From Paragordius varius (taxonomy: Eukaryota; Animalia; Nematomorpha): DNA of 64,000 nucleotides. Made by a program: the position numbers and the translations under genes. Of the stretch, positions 41,801-52,387 are shown one piece after another; position 1 is the first letter of the stretch; every line of letters begins with the position of its first letter. The notes below the pieces were generated by a model. That model made no database searches. It was not told the DNA's origin and worked only from the letters and a program-made list of their open reading frames with translations. The stretch covers positions 5,952,001-6,016,000 of the forward strand of contig OZ176055.1 of NCBI GenBank assembly GCA_964247055.1, given 5' to 3'.

Positions 41801-43754
41801 TTCAAAAAAAATCAAGATTTAAAAAGTACGGTTGTCTTTAAGAAAACAACATTTGTCCTTTTATTCTTAGGTTTGGTCCGTATAATTTTAATTTTTACTG
41901 TAATATCGGTAGTGTGCCTTAATGTTATTTTTTACTACTTATAATGTTAACCTTATTATTATTATCTATTTCAAATAATTAGATCATGGGAAAAGGTATA
42001 TGCCGTCCTACACCAAGGTCATCTTTGCTTTTACAAGGATCAAAAATACTATCGTCAAGTAAATTAAAAATATATTAAATTACAAAATAATCTTAATTTT
42101 ATTGGTTTATCATTATAGCAATATCTCAAATTTTTTAGGAACCAACTGTGTATTATCATGACGATGCACCCATTAGTCTATGTGGCGCAACTACAGAAAT
42201 GGCTTTAGATTATACCAAAAGGCGTAATGTGTTTCGTTTAAAGTAAGTAATTGGTACAAATATTGCTGTTAACTATTTTTTGTGTTGATTTCAAGAGAAA
42301 ACTTAAGTGTAAAAATATATGTGCGCATAAATGTTTATTTAGATCTGAGGTGTCTATCACGCGGCCCGCAAAAAAATTGGTAATCTATAACTTATACAAA
42401 TATGCTCTTAAAATCACAATAAAACTGATTCTTAAGCAATTTTTTGAAATAAGTCTAATTCATATGGCAAGTACTAAAATTGCTATATTGAATTTGCATT
42501 TTACCATCTTATGTTTGAAACTTAATGAATTAATTCATGCCCATATACATTTCGGATGCGGCCCGCGAAGCCATTTGTGTTGGACACCCCTGATTTAAGT
42601 TATTTTCGTAACTAATAATTAATTTGTGTTTAAAACAGCTGTTGAAAAAAGCCATTTTAATATATGTCAATTACTTGCTTTAAGCTGGCCAATGATGGTT
42701 ATAATAATATCTGATTTTTATTATATATTTTTGTTAAAATAGATTTTCTACTCACTCTACTTAAGTGTGGGTTTATTGAAATTTCTAAAATTTATTTAAA
42801 ATAAATGGGCGATAGAGTGGATACTATACTTTATGCCAATAGACTGAACAATTAAAATATTATTACTGTCATTCATTGGGGTGTTAAAAGTTTTAAATAA
42901 TCCGCAATTAAAGAGTCTTTTCCTTTTAAATGATCGCATTTTTAAAGATATTACTTCTAAACAACAAATCAGTCTCAAAACAACATTCAAAGGTGTTTCC
43001 AAATAATGAAATTATTTGATTTTTTGAAAAAAGGTTATAAGAGATCACCATGTTGGTGGCATGGCTTGGAAGTTTTACATGATCTTTCGAACACATAATG
43101 TGTAAATTAAGACGTAATTCATTTCACTTTTCACATGCTCTTAATGACAAAACTTTTGTGAATTAGAGAGAGAATGTTTTTACAAAATATCAAAAAAAAC
43201 TGGTCTCTTCTGTTAGTTTTCATATAAGGTGATATCCATCCAACACCACGGTAAGGTAGATTGTAGGACATTGTTTGCTAATGATTAATCCACTTTTTTT
43301 TGTGTTTAGACTCCCCAACGGGGCCGAATACCTGTTTCAAACGCGTGATGAATCCGATCTTCGGGAATGGCTTTTAGCTTTAGCCCAAGGTGCGGTAGCT
43401 GCTCTTGATTCGAGTCGAGTTAGTTCACCTCAACAATTGCACCATCCCCACCCTACGCAAACATCAACATCTCCACACAATCAAGAACAAGAATTAACTT
43501 CCTCTGAGGCTCAGAGCAGTGATATCCCCGTCGCACAAAGACGTACATCTGGTGGTGGTGTTCGAACTTTGCCCGTTTTGGGGACTGAAGGTAGTATTAT
43601 TAATAATTCTAATAACTCAACTTTGCCACCTCCGCCGCCCCCTTTAAACAGCAATGAACATGTGTTAAACAGTTCAAGTTCTTCGACGAATCCTGCATCA
43701 TCCACATCTGCTTCTAAGAAACGTGGATTTTTTAATCTCTCTAAAAAGAAATGA
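14073..43754 (+). CDS. beta-Spec: Spectrin beta chain (conventional beta-spectrin: 2 CH domains, 17 spectrin repeats, PH domain), 44 exons, 7764 nt, 2587 aa
   Basis: Exons: 14073-14181, 18091-18242, 18662-18835, 19269-19441, 19852-19967, 20188-20300, 20587-20774, 21108-21394, 21831-21984, 22137-22275, 22590-22755, 23531-23805, 23975-24044, 24480-24722, 25404-25501, 26104-26268, 26835-27040, 27332-27428, 27812-28063, 28533-28794, 29035-29193, 29510-29698, 30088-30229, 30637-30846, 31197-31431, 31702-31954, 32391-32719, 33004-33114, 33692-33990, 34637-34841, 35427-35539, 36857-36960, 37378-37604, 37991-38101, 38596-38815, 39289-39543, 40074-40165, 40232-40336, 40835-41001, 41216-41274, 41351-41465, 41983-42058, 42139-42242, 43310-43754. 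All introns are GT-AG with matching phases and there is no internal stop. Diagnostic peptides: [80 protein letters not shown] domain ([10 protein letters not shown]...[11 protein letters not shown]), C-terminal [12 protein letters not shown]. The exon 20 donor could alternatively be 28780. Confidence 0.97.
15015..15179. mobile_element. Foldback MITE, Tc1/mariner-like ends (TA-CAGT...ACTG-TA)
   Basis: Near-perfect hairpin with ~60-70-bp arms (ttacagtatgcattttaatggttgcttattt... / ...aaataagcaaccattaaaatgcatactgtaa). A second copy lies at 54280-54456. Confidence 0.85.
15660..15784. mobile_element. Right half of a TACCATTT-ended MITE
   Basis: The tail tttttaggggtgaatttgaa...gtaatggta matches the copies at 25833-26070 and 36412-36802 and has 21-bp subterminal repeats. 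The left end was not found. Confidence 0.6.
15871..16075. mobile_element. Foldback MITE with TA-CAGTCA...TGACTG-TA ends (different family)
   Basis: The whole element is an imperfect palindrome (tttggtaaagaatggaaa...agagctctatgg / ccatagagctct...tttccattctttaccaaa) with TA on both flanks. Confidence 0.8.
17385..17830. repeat. Dispersed repeat in spectrin intron 1, related to 35645-36200
   Basis: Shared blocks in the same order: ggggtagtttt.tatcc, ccgaatt..aaaatatgctttct.tag, tcacaaaact, aatgtttgataattaa. Related motifs occur at 51640-52250. Class unknown. Confidence 0.55.
19172..19209. repeat. (TA)n microsatellite
   Basis: Perfect TA run. Similar runs at about 13195-13219, 18547-18568, 26738-26778, 29818-29851 and 48091-48113. 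Confidence 0.95.
19497..19745 (+). mobile_element. hAT (Charlie-like) MITE
   Basis: Starts caggggtctccaacacaaatggctttgcgggctgc and ends ggccgcgtgttggccacttctg. The same family occurs inverted at 42345-42592, with a remnant near 53330-53377. Confidence 0.7.
22837..23135. mobile_element. MITE with TACCATTT...AAATGGTA ends and 21-bp subterminal tandem repeats
   Basis: ~50-bp inverted termini (taccatttgcacttcaa.agtgtccttgaacacttcaagttggtcct). The right side has 4-5 copies of ggaccaacttgaattgttcaa. Confidence 0.85.
25833..26070. mobile_element. MITE, TACCATTT-ended family
   Basis: TIR taccatttacagttcaaattcaccct / agggtgaatttgaattgtaaatggta. The interior is shared with 36412-36802. Confidence 0.85.
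30252..30570. mobile_element. MITE with CACTA(G/A)GGTTGGG termini and TAAA duplication (CMC superfamily-like)
   Basis: taaa-CACTAGGGTTGGG ... CCCAACCTTAGTG-taaa, starting 22 nt downstream of the end of exon 23. Confidence 0.65.
35645..36200. repeat. Dispersed repeat in spectrin intron 31, related to 17385-17830
   Basis: Same diagnostic blocks as the intron-1 copy, in the same orientation. Confidence 0.55.
36412..36802. mobile_element. TACCATTT-ended MITE enlarged by an internal SINE-like insertion
   Basis: Same TIRs and interior as 25833-26070 but about 150 bp longer. The extra DNA is the GC-richer block at ~36472-36650. Confidence 0.8.
36472..36650 (+). mobile_element. Putative tRNA-derived SINE (tRNA-Lys-like head)
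   Basis: A-box-like TAGTAGGTAGGGCG (36485), anticodon-arm-like GGACTCTTA, B-box GAGTTCGAACC (36522-36532), a non-tRNA body and an A-rich tail. Stems are too broken for a functional tRNA. Single copy in the window. Confidence 0.6.
42345..42592 (-). mobile_element. hAT (Charlie-like) MITE
   Basis: Ends gcggcccgcgaagccatttgtgttggacacccctg (reverse complement CAGGGGTGTCCAAC...GCGGGCCGC). Flanks ATTTAGAT / ATTTAAGT resemble a degenerate 8-bp TSD. Confidence 0.75.
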
Positions 43755-44514
43755 AGATATTTTCAAGTATTTTTACCGTTATTGCAAACATTATTTAACT
43801 AGATACTTACATACATGTACATTCATTTAATTAAACATATATATATATATATATATCATTGATTGGAATCTACCAAATAATATTACGATATCAACATGTA
43901 ATTGAATCTTATCATATGATATTTTTTGTGCATTTATTTAATTAACTTACTTATACATGTAAAATTTACTTAGAATCTTGCTTCCCATATATTCGCTTTA
44001 TTTTACTGCTGTTAGCTTATAAATGATGATTTCAGTTTAATATTGTAAAGACATTATTACACAGCCATGTGTGTGTCATATTTAAGAGTCATGTAGCATA
44101 TATTTTTTGTAACAAATCATCAAAAATTTGCTTTTTTATACAATAAGTTAAGTTATCTTTTTATTTATACCAAAACTGTCATACACACAACATATACATA
44201 CTTGTATTTAAATTATAATAAAATTGTATCATTTATAAATACATGTGTTATGTTGTTATGCAATAGTGGTTATGATATACCCTTAAAAAATTTGCATTGG
44301 TTTAACAGTAGCCAGTTATATATATAGTGTAAGCGAGTATATATTATGCAAGTTTTTCATAAATCATTGCTAGATAGTAAAAGTAAATGGCAATATTATT
44401 AGTCTTTAGGTATTTTTTTCGTTTTTTAATATTATTAGCCAATAAAAATGTTCTTTGCTGTATTTGTTATTTGGCAGCCATATTTAATAAAAATCTAGCA
44501 ATGTCTTTTACTGA

Positions 44515-44517
<3 letters not shown>

Positions 44518-44554
<37 letters not shown>
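44518..44554. repeat. (TA)n microsatellite between the convergent spectrin and DEPDC7-like 3' ends
   Basis: Perfect TA run. Confidence 0.95.
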
Positions 44555-44559
<5 letters not shown>

Positions 44560-44860
44560 CGCATCAGCACTATAAAAATACAATATTATAAAAATACTTT
44601 ACTAGTTTTTTCATTAAAAATTACCAGATAGTATATACAGAAAATTGGCTTTCTTCTCCTAGCTATTGGCCAATAATTATTCTCTTTGCTGTATATGCTG
44701 GCAATATTTTATGGAAAACTAGCAATGTAATAAATAATTTTACTTATATGTAGTTTTTAAATGGTTAAAATAACGTAATAAAATTACATAGAGTGAGTTG
44801 GTTGATTGATTGATTGATTGAATGAATATTCATATATGCATAGTTAAAATCAATATTTTT

Positions 44861-47104
44861 TTAATATGTATCAGCGTTACAGCCTACATTATGTAGACCG
44901 CTTAAGGGATCCAAGTGACCATTATACGACAAATATTCGCGATATATGTCAGGGTGGCATTGTTGGAACCGTTTGACAAATTTTTTCTTTTCTTTATCGG
45001 TTAATGTGAGATCCTCAATTTTATCGGCTAATAATTTGTACAGCTCATTTTGCGTGGATGCATTAGTTTGAGCATTGTAAATTTCTTGACTTAATTTTTC
45101 ACAAAACGATATGGTGTTACAATTTGTTGTTGATAATGAATTATTTGGGTTTGATAAACCGTTCGTCATTGAGTTTTGGGTCTTGGCTAAAACATATAAA
45201 TAAATCTGATAAACCATTATAAAAAATAAAAAATAATTATGCTAAAGCTTTAAATTAAAAAAACTTATTGAATCTTTAAATCCAAATAATCAGAATCCAT
45301 CGTGGAAGCGTGAAATAAATATTCTCTCATTTAATCTTATGAATACATAAAATATAACTTTTGATATAAATATATGATTGTTAGGGGAAAGTTATTAACC
45401 ACTGCTATAATTGCATTTGGCCAAATGAATAAGACCAAATCAAATATAGTAATGGCATTTTTGAAAAAAAAAATGGTATATTTTAACTCTGTTTGCGCTT
45501 ATGGCCAATGGCCATCAGAGTCAAAAAAGAAAACATGGTAAGTACACTTTTGGTTAGTTTTATATATTAATGGTTCATATCCTGTTCATGCAAAATAAAG
45601 AGTTATTGTAATGAGTTTGTTGCGATAATTAAAAACGGTCGGTAATTAGGAATTTAACAAAATCCTAAAATTAAATCACAATATCTAAAATTTTACAATT
45701 ATATTTTTTTTATTTATCGGAAATTGAAAGTTAACCTGATGGATCCAAAGTGAGACCGCTTAAAGAATTAAAGATGTGACTAAGACTTTTGTGACTAAGA
45801 TCATTCGTATCGTTATCTATAATAATTATTGTTGAAAAATACCTAAATCACATTTTCCTTGGAGTAGATGAATATTATTTAGCATAAAACTTACGATAAT
45901 TTGACTTTGTTCTGGTGTAAAATGTTTTGCGTCAAAAAAGCAAGGCGAAAATTTTTTAAGACACAATTCAATATTACTGATCTAGACATAAAAATATAAG
46001 ATATTGCCGAAAATTTGATTACTGTAAATTATTTTATAAATATTAAAAGTGAAAAAAAGCGTTTAAAATACATCAGATTCCAATCGTATAATATCGTTTG
46101 CATTGGAAACGGCTCGAATAAATTCAAAAAGACTGAGTATTTCCTTGACCTTTTTGGGATGTAAAAGAGCCAAAGTGAGTTGAATGATGGAAATGGCAAT
46201 TCTATATCTCCGTTCCATAATGTAAGTGAGGACACTCTGAAAAATATCATTGAATGCGATTGGGAAAAATGTTTTGCCCTTTGGGGCAGACGATGGTTGT
46301 TTATTCACATAACTCGTACAATAATAATCTGAGATAGTGTGAAATAATTGAATTTTAAGGATTAATTCGGATTCACTCATTTTTATGCGATTTATTTGAT
46401 CGGATTTTTCATATCCCCTGATCTCGAAATCATCATTAATATTGTCAGAAAGATTGTCATAAATGTATACGTTGTTTAAAACTTTCAGAGCACAACTTGA
46501 CCATTCATCGGCTAACTCTGCATCATGATTTGGAACAAAATTACACATGCTAGAATTGGCGGGAGATTCATGATTTACCAATGATTTAACCATAATTTTG
46601 CGTTGAATTGTATCCCAATCTAGCAAAGTTTCAAGAACGGGAACGTCAACAAGTGTCAAAAGTCTTACAATAATTTTATCTCGCACTAAAAAATCATTAT
46701 CAGCTAATTCAATGTTATTATCTGGTTCATCAGGGCTAAAATAATCAAAATAGATAAACTACTTGTTAACTAATTCATATAATTTTTTGGGATCATCGCA
46801 AAACTCATCCGTATTAATTGGAATAAAAACATTTTGTTTCATTATAATTGTACCAATCTAACAAATAAAATAACAATATAACCTTTACAGCATTATTTCT
46901 TGATAGGTTTTTCGCAAATACATTGTTATTATTCGATAGATAATCTAAAATATGGGTTGTCATGGCATGGCCAGTAAAGCAATCCTTATAGGTTTTGAGT
47001 AATATTTTATGATTAGAAAGCATAATTTTTTTAACATGTATGATTAATTCATTCCAAAATTTAGTATATTTAAATTGATCACTTCGTAAGTTATTTAATG
47101 ACAT
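44861..47104 (-). CDS. DEPDC7: DEP domain-containing protein, DEPDC7-like (DEP plus RhoGAP-like region), 6 exons, ~508 aa; exon 5 has an in-frame TAA
   Basis: Exons on the minus strand: 47104-46883, 46857-46763, 46735-46072, 45981-45843, 45816-45736, 45186-44861 (1527 nt). DEP domain: FKYTKFWNELI...YKDCFTG...RNNAVKIGTIIMKQNVF...FCDDPKKLYEL. Other matches recalled from DEPDC7: RLLTLVDVPVLETLL, DEWSSCAL, LFHTISDYY, LTDKEKKKFVKRFQQCHPDIY. The model needs introns of 25, 27, 90, 26 and 549 nt. The TAA at 45769-45767 makes exon 5 uncertain. DEPDC4 cannot be formally excluded. Confidence 0.85.
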
Positions 47105-48119
47105 TTGAATTTGAATTTCGTGGATATTAATATTCCCCGAAATATGCTTTTATGCATATGACTAATATTGGATGCAGTTTTCTATCCCATACAGATTAAA
47201 TATTTAAATATCAATAGTATCTCTAAATTATAAAATTGATGGGACCAGCAGAAGATGCCTATCTATATAAAAAATTAATTTATGCTGCCTCGGAATCGAA
47301 TTGATATAATGCTGATATAACAGGATACCCTTGGATATAAAATAAGTAGCATAAACTCAGTGCCAAATGATACATATCCTGAACAATAAAATATAGTCTG
47401 ATGCAAAAATTAAAAAAATAGTTGTGATGACATATTGCGGTAGTTTTATGATTGAAGATCAATCTGGCAAATTGTTTCGAAAGTTATTTTACAGTGTCCA
47501 CATTAAAAAATATGTTAAAAATAAATTCTGATAAAAAATAGCAAAATTATTATGGTGCTTTTATTTTTGGCCTTTACGAGTGATATAAGTAATAACAAAT
47601 TTGTGGCAGGTGCTACATATCAGTAGAAAATTAGAGGCTTTATTTCAGAAAAATCACTAACATATATAGAAATTACCTATATGAAACAAAAAAATATTTT
47701 AAAAAATAATCTTTGTGGGTTATGAAAGTCCCAAATTGTTCTCTTTTAAAATGCTAGTTCTCTTATATAAAGAATAAAAATGCAGGAATGGCGTAATTAA
47801 AAATTAATATTCACTAAATTTTGACATTAAAAAATAACAATATTGTAAAAATATATATTTAAAAAAAAAATTTATTTTTTTAAAAATTTTGTTGAAGCGT
47901 ACATCATACTATTTTAAGGCATAATAGTATTATAATATATATTAGTAATTTTTTTGGGATGAAGCATACATTTTGCTTTTTCACCAAAAATGTGTACTGA
48001 TATAGACTACTTATCACAAAAGTGTAAATAACTTTCTTATATCTCTCGTAAAGGCCCATATTGATACATTCCTATCAGAATATAATAACATATATATATA
48101 TATATATATATATAACCAC

Positions 48120-48240
48120 AGGTTTTTTTGGGACACTCTGCAATACCGAGCTGTTAAAATATGGTGATGGAAACCTTTATTCGAATTATATAGAAAGTCT
48201 TTTTAGCGTAATGTCTTGTAACGAAATGCAAAAAATTTAA
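48120..48240 (+). mobile_element. Possible LINE ORF2 remnant
   Basis: Reads TELLKYGDGNLYSNYIESLFS, resembling the ELLKxGG...L..LF motif upstream of LINE RT domains. Short and degenerate. Confidence 0.35.
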
Positions 48241-48810
48241 TTTTTGAACAAAGTAGTCTTTTTAAAAAAAATATTTTTTACTTGCCATCCTAGCATACAT
48301 CAAAATTTTTAACACGATGTCATTTTTGCCTATGCATCTCATTTTAGAAGAGCAAAATAATTTCAAATTCTTGGACACCACATCTAAATTAAAATTTTAA
48401 AAATATTCTGGTTTTTATTGTATTATAGTGATATTATTTAGAATAAAGCTTTTAGCTTTGACTCAAAATATTTATTTTGCAAATTGTGCGTAAATTTTCC
48501 GATTTCACAATATCGAACTACCACCAAATTGCATACTCTTTCTTTTATCAGTGATAAGACTCTAAAAGCGCCATAAAAATCCTGAAATATTTATCTGATG
48601 AAACATGTAAATTTTATCAGGATATATTTTCCTTCGATTTTATACGCAGTATAAACCTAAAACCATCTACAAGAATTCTAGTAATATCAGAATTTAATTT
48701 AGCCCAGTTTTATATTATTTTTCCCAATATACCATATAATATTTTAATAAACTTTTCTTAGTTAACAAAATAATCAAAGGTAAAAATCTCCTAATTTAGT
48801 GAAACAATAA

Positions 48811-50929
48811 TCTATATATTTATAAAAATGGAAAATGGCTTTGTGATCTGGTACAGGAAAACCGGTAGACCCAATCAAATCCAAATATCGAAAAAATATA
48901 ATTAATGAATGCCCCGACAATAGCTTCGCCGTTTTTTTGAAATAGGCCCCCAGTTCGGGCCCACCCCGTATGAAAAACGGTTTTTTTTGAAAACAGAAGT
49001 CCACAAAAATCGTGTCTTTGAGACAATTTTCCGGATAACGTGTTGGACCATTCAATTTCAAATATGATTATTGTTTACTTATTTTCGATTGCGCCGAACA
49101 TAGCCGAGCCACTTTTTTGATTTAGGCCCTCTTTTTATACGCTCCCCCCGTAAAATGCCACCTTTTTCAAAAAACAAAGTCCACAAAAATAATTTTTTAA
49201 ATCGATTTTTCGCCCTAGGTATGAGACCGTAAAAATTCTATATGGATTCCACGTATTCCCTGTTAAAAGGCAAAAATTTTAGTCTACCGTTTATTTGATG
49301 ATAGCTGCTGGGTAAGGAGCTACCCGCTAAAAACTGATTTTTCATATAACTTTGTGATCTGTTTCCGGAAAACCGGTGAACCCAATCAAATCCAAACATC
49401 GAAAAAATTTAATCATTAATGAATGTCCCGACAATAGCTTCGCCCTTTTTTGGAATTAGGTCCCCAGTTTGGGCCCACCCCGTGTGAAAAATGGGTTAAG
49501 TCAATTTTTTGGAGAACGTGTTGGACCATTCAATTTCTAATATGATTTTTGTTTGCTTATTTTTGATCGCGCTGAACATAGTCGACTCACTTTTTTGATT
49601 TAGGCCCTCTTTTTACCCGCTACCCCCGTAAAATGCCATTTTTATCAAAAAAAAACAAAGTCCACAAAAATAATTTTTTGATTGTATTTTTTTGCCCACA
49701 GTATGAGACTGTAAAAATTCGAGAAAGATTTTTCGTATTCCCTGTGAAAAGGCAAAAATATTAGTCAAGCGTTTCTTTGATGGCTGCTGAGTAAGGAGTA
49801 TCTATCATATGTATAGGATGTTAAAAGATATATGGATATTAATACATTATATTTGGTAATCTATTAATTTATAAAAATGGAAAATGCTGGCTTTGTGATC
49901 TGGTACAGGAAAACCGGTAGACCCATTCAAATCCAAACATCGAAAAAATATAATCAGAATGCCCCGACAATAGCTTCGCCCTTTTTTTGAAATAGGCCCC
50001 CAGTTCGGGACCACCCCGTGTGAAAAACGGTTTTTTTTTTGAAAACAGAAGTCCACAAAAATCGTGTCTTTGAGACAATTTTCCGGAGAACGTGTTGGTC
50101 CATTCTACTTCAAATATGATTTTTATTTAGTTATTTTTGATTGCGCTAAACATAGTCGAGTCACTTTTTTGATTTAGGCCCTCTTTTTACACGCTCCCCC
50201 CGTAAAATGCCACCTTTTTCAAAAAACAAAGTCCACAAAAATATTTTTTAAAATCTCTTTTTCGACCAAGACAGGAGACCGTAAAAATTCAATATGGATT
50301 CCACGTATTCCCTGTTAAAAGGCAAAAATTTTAGCCAAGCGTTTATTTGATGATAGCTGCTGGGTAAGGAGCTACCCGCGAAAAACTGATTTCTCATGTA
50401 ACTTTGTGATCTGTTTCCGGAAAACCGGTGAAACCATTCAAATCCAAATAAAAAATATAATCATTAATGAAAGCCCCGACAATAGCTTCGCCCTTTTTTG
50501 GAATTAGGTCACCAGTTCGGGCCCACCCCGTGTGAAAAATGGGTTAAGTCAATTTTTTGGAGAACGTGTTGGCCCATTCAATTTCAAATATGATTTTTGT
50601 TTACTTATTTTTGATCGCGCTGAACATAATCGACTCACTTTTTTGATTTAGACCCTTTTTTTACCCGCTACCCCCGTAAAATGCCATTTTTATCAAAAAA
50701 AACAAAGTCCACAAAAATAATTTTTTAAATCTATTTCTCCCCCAAGTAAACAATAAATTAGTATGAATGCACCGTTTTAAGATTCCTATGAAATCATAGC
50801 TATTAAATAATTTTTCGAAATAATCCACATATGTAGATCATTTTATTGTCCCTTTTTTCAAATAACCCCCTCCCCCCAGAAGTCCGAAGGACTTCCTCGG
50901 GCTGCGTAGCAGCACGAGATTTACGCTAG
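48811..50929 (+). mobile_element. Non-autonomous Helitron (tandem partial plus full copy) with internal ~511-bp repeats
   Basis: 5' a|TCTATATATTTATAAAAATGG at 48811 and again a|TCTATTAATTTATAAAAATGG at 49860. 3' hairpin CTCGGGCTGC-gta-GCAGCACGAG (50896-50918), then CTAG|T at 50926-50930. Anchor ctttgtgatct at 48839, 49350, 49891 and 50402 (spacing 511/541/511). Confidence 0.85.
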
Positions 50930-52387
50930 TAATCTATAATAGAGAAATATAATGTTTCAATTAATATTTAAAACTTTTTAGATTTTTGTTATCATTTGAA
51001 TACCTTTTGACGTAGCCTAATGTTTCAAAGCGACTAAAAAATATCTAAAAAAGTATCAAAATATTGAGTCTAATTTTTTTTAAAAAAATGCTTACTCTAG
51101 CTTAAGGGCGCATGATAAAACTTTTTTTATATAAATAAAATAATCATCATCTAAAACGTTTTGCCATCAATTTATTCGTTAGATATATTTGAATGGCTAT
51201 TACAACAGGTAACTTAATGAATACTATGATAAAATATTGACTTTGGTAATCTTTTATATTACATTCACCAAATTTTTTTGATATTTATTGATATCGAAAA
51301 TCGCACACATATTTCAATTCTCGGAGCTATCCAGACTCGGAAATCTAAGAATTAAAAAACTTAAAAAGAGATTTTTGTTAAACACAGGACAACAGGATTG
51401 AAAATTAAATTATAAATTATATTTTAATACAGTAGGTTATTTATATCATAGCCTTGGATGGAGCCCGAAAATGTAATAGTCTGCAAAAAAATAAAAAGCT
51501 AATGATGTGTCAAGGCTTTAACACTTCGAAAGAAATTGTGGTGTCTAAATACCCCAGACTAAATTTATAGTAGGATTTTTAATAAAATACCGAACGGTCC
51601 CAATTTAAAATTATGCTTCATCCTAATAAAAATTATATAAATATGCCAAAATATCTAAATAAAATTTTGTTTTGAAAAAAAAAGTTCCATGTCAAACTAC
51701 TTCGACGCCATTTTTATTTTACAAAAATATCGTCTTCAATTATTTTTAAGGGTAAAATTGAAGCTAATTTTTTATTTAAATTACATTGAACATGGATAGA
51801 AATAGAAGGGGTTTTTTGTATTATTTTTCAATTTCATTATTGCACACATGTCACGTTGACCTAATTTTTCCTTTCGGTTTTAGCTTAAAATAAGTTATAT
51901 CAAGTATTTTACTAAAACTTTTTATATATTTTCGGCTTAATGTTATATAAGTCAAAAATTTTGCCATGGTTTTGTTTCCTTCCATATTTTTTAAAAATTT
52001 AATTTAAAAAGGCCTGGGGTATTTAACTACCCCGATTTAAACCTAAGGACTAGCATGAATGTGTTGTATATCAAAATGTTAAAATAAGTAATATTAAGTT
52101 TTTTTGAAATAACTTTTTATATATTTGGTTTATTAATGTTATATGAGTGCAAATTTTTGCCATGGTTTCAATTTATTTCACATTTTTTAGAATATTTAAT
52201 TTTAAATAGGACTAGGGTATATCCAACTACCCCATTTTGAATCAAAGGATTCAAATAAATTGTTGAATCCAAGAAATTTTTATAAAGTCAGCTGTAAGCT
52301 CAGAATATAACTGCTACCAGATGTAAGGCAAGTTGCAGAGCGACAATATAAATGATTTAACTTTCCCAAATTATATTATATTAAATA

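Noticed and set aside
42111-42138. Upstream alternative acceptor (AG at 42117-42118) for spectrin exon 43
   Set aside because: It adds 20 nt and shifts the frame inside the PH domain.
43511-43705. Antisense ORFs over spectrin exons (also 27805-28083, 29930-30178, 32543-32804)
   Set aside because: They are shadows of the real plus-strand exons.
44420-44730. ~70-bp imperfect direct repeats between the convergent 3' ends, and AATAAA at 44441
   Set aside because: Too degenerate to classify, and AATAAA is common by chance at this AT content.
45767-46762. Stop-codon reassignment to explain TAA/TAG in the DEPDC7-like gene
   Set aside because: Spectrin, ISCA1 and the USP exons have no internal stops and end in normal stops. 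The TAG lies inside a GT-AG segment.
47420-47520. Integrase C-terminal-like peptide (FMIEDQSGKLFRKLFYSVHIKKY)
   Set aside because: Too short and degenerate; no LTRs or other domains nearby.
48774-50078. Repeated minus-strand ORFs (MSQRHDFCGLL..., MDFCFQKK...)
   Set aside because: They are incidental frames in the Helitron repeats and differ by frameshifts between copies.
51193-51570. Possible small gene upstream of ISCA1 (ATG GCT ATT ACA ACA G|gt)
   Set aside because: Candidate next exons give short unrecognisable peptides, and repeat-like DNA surrounds it.
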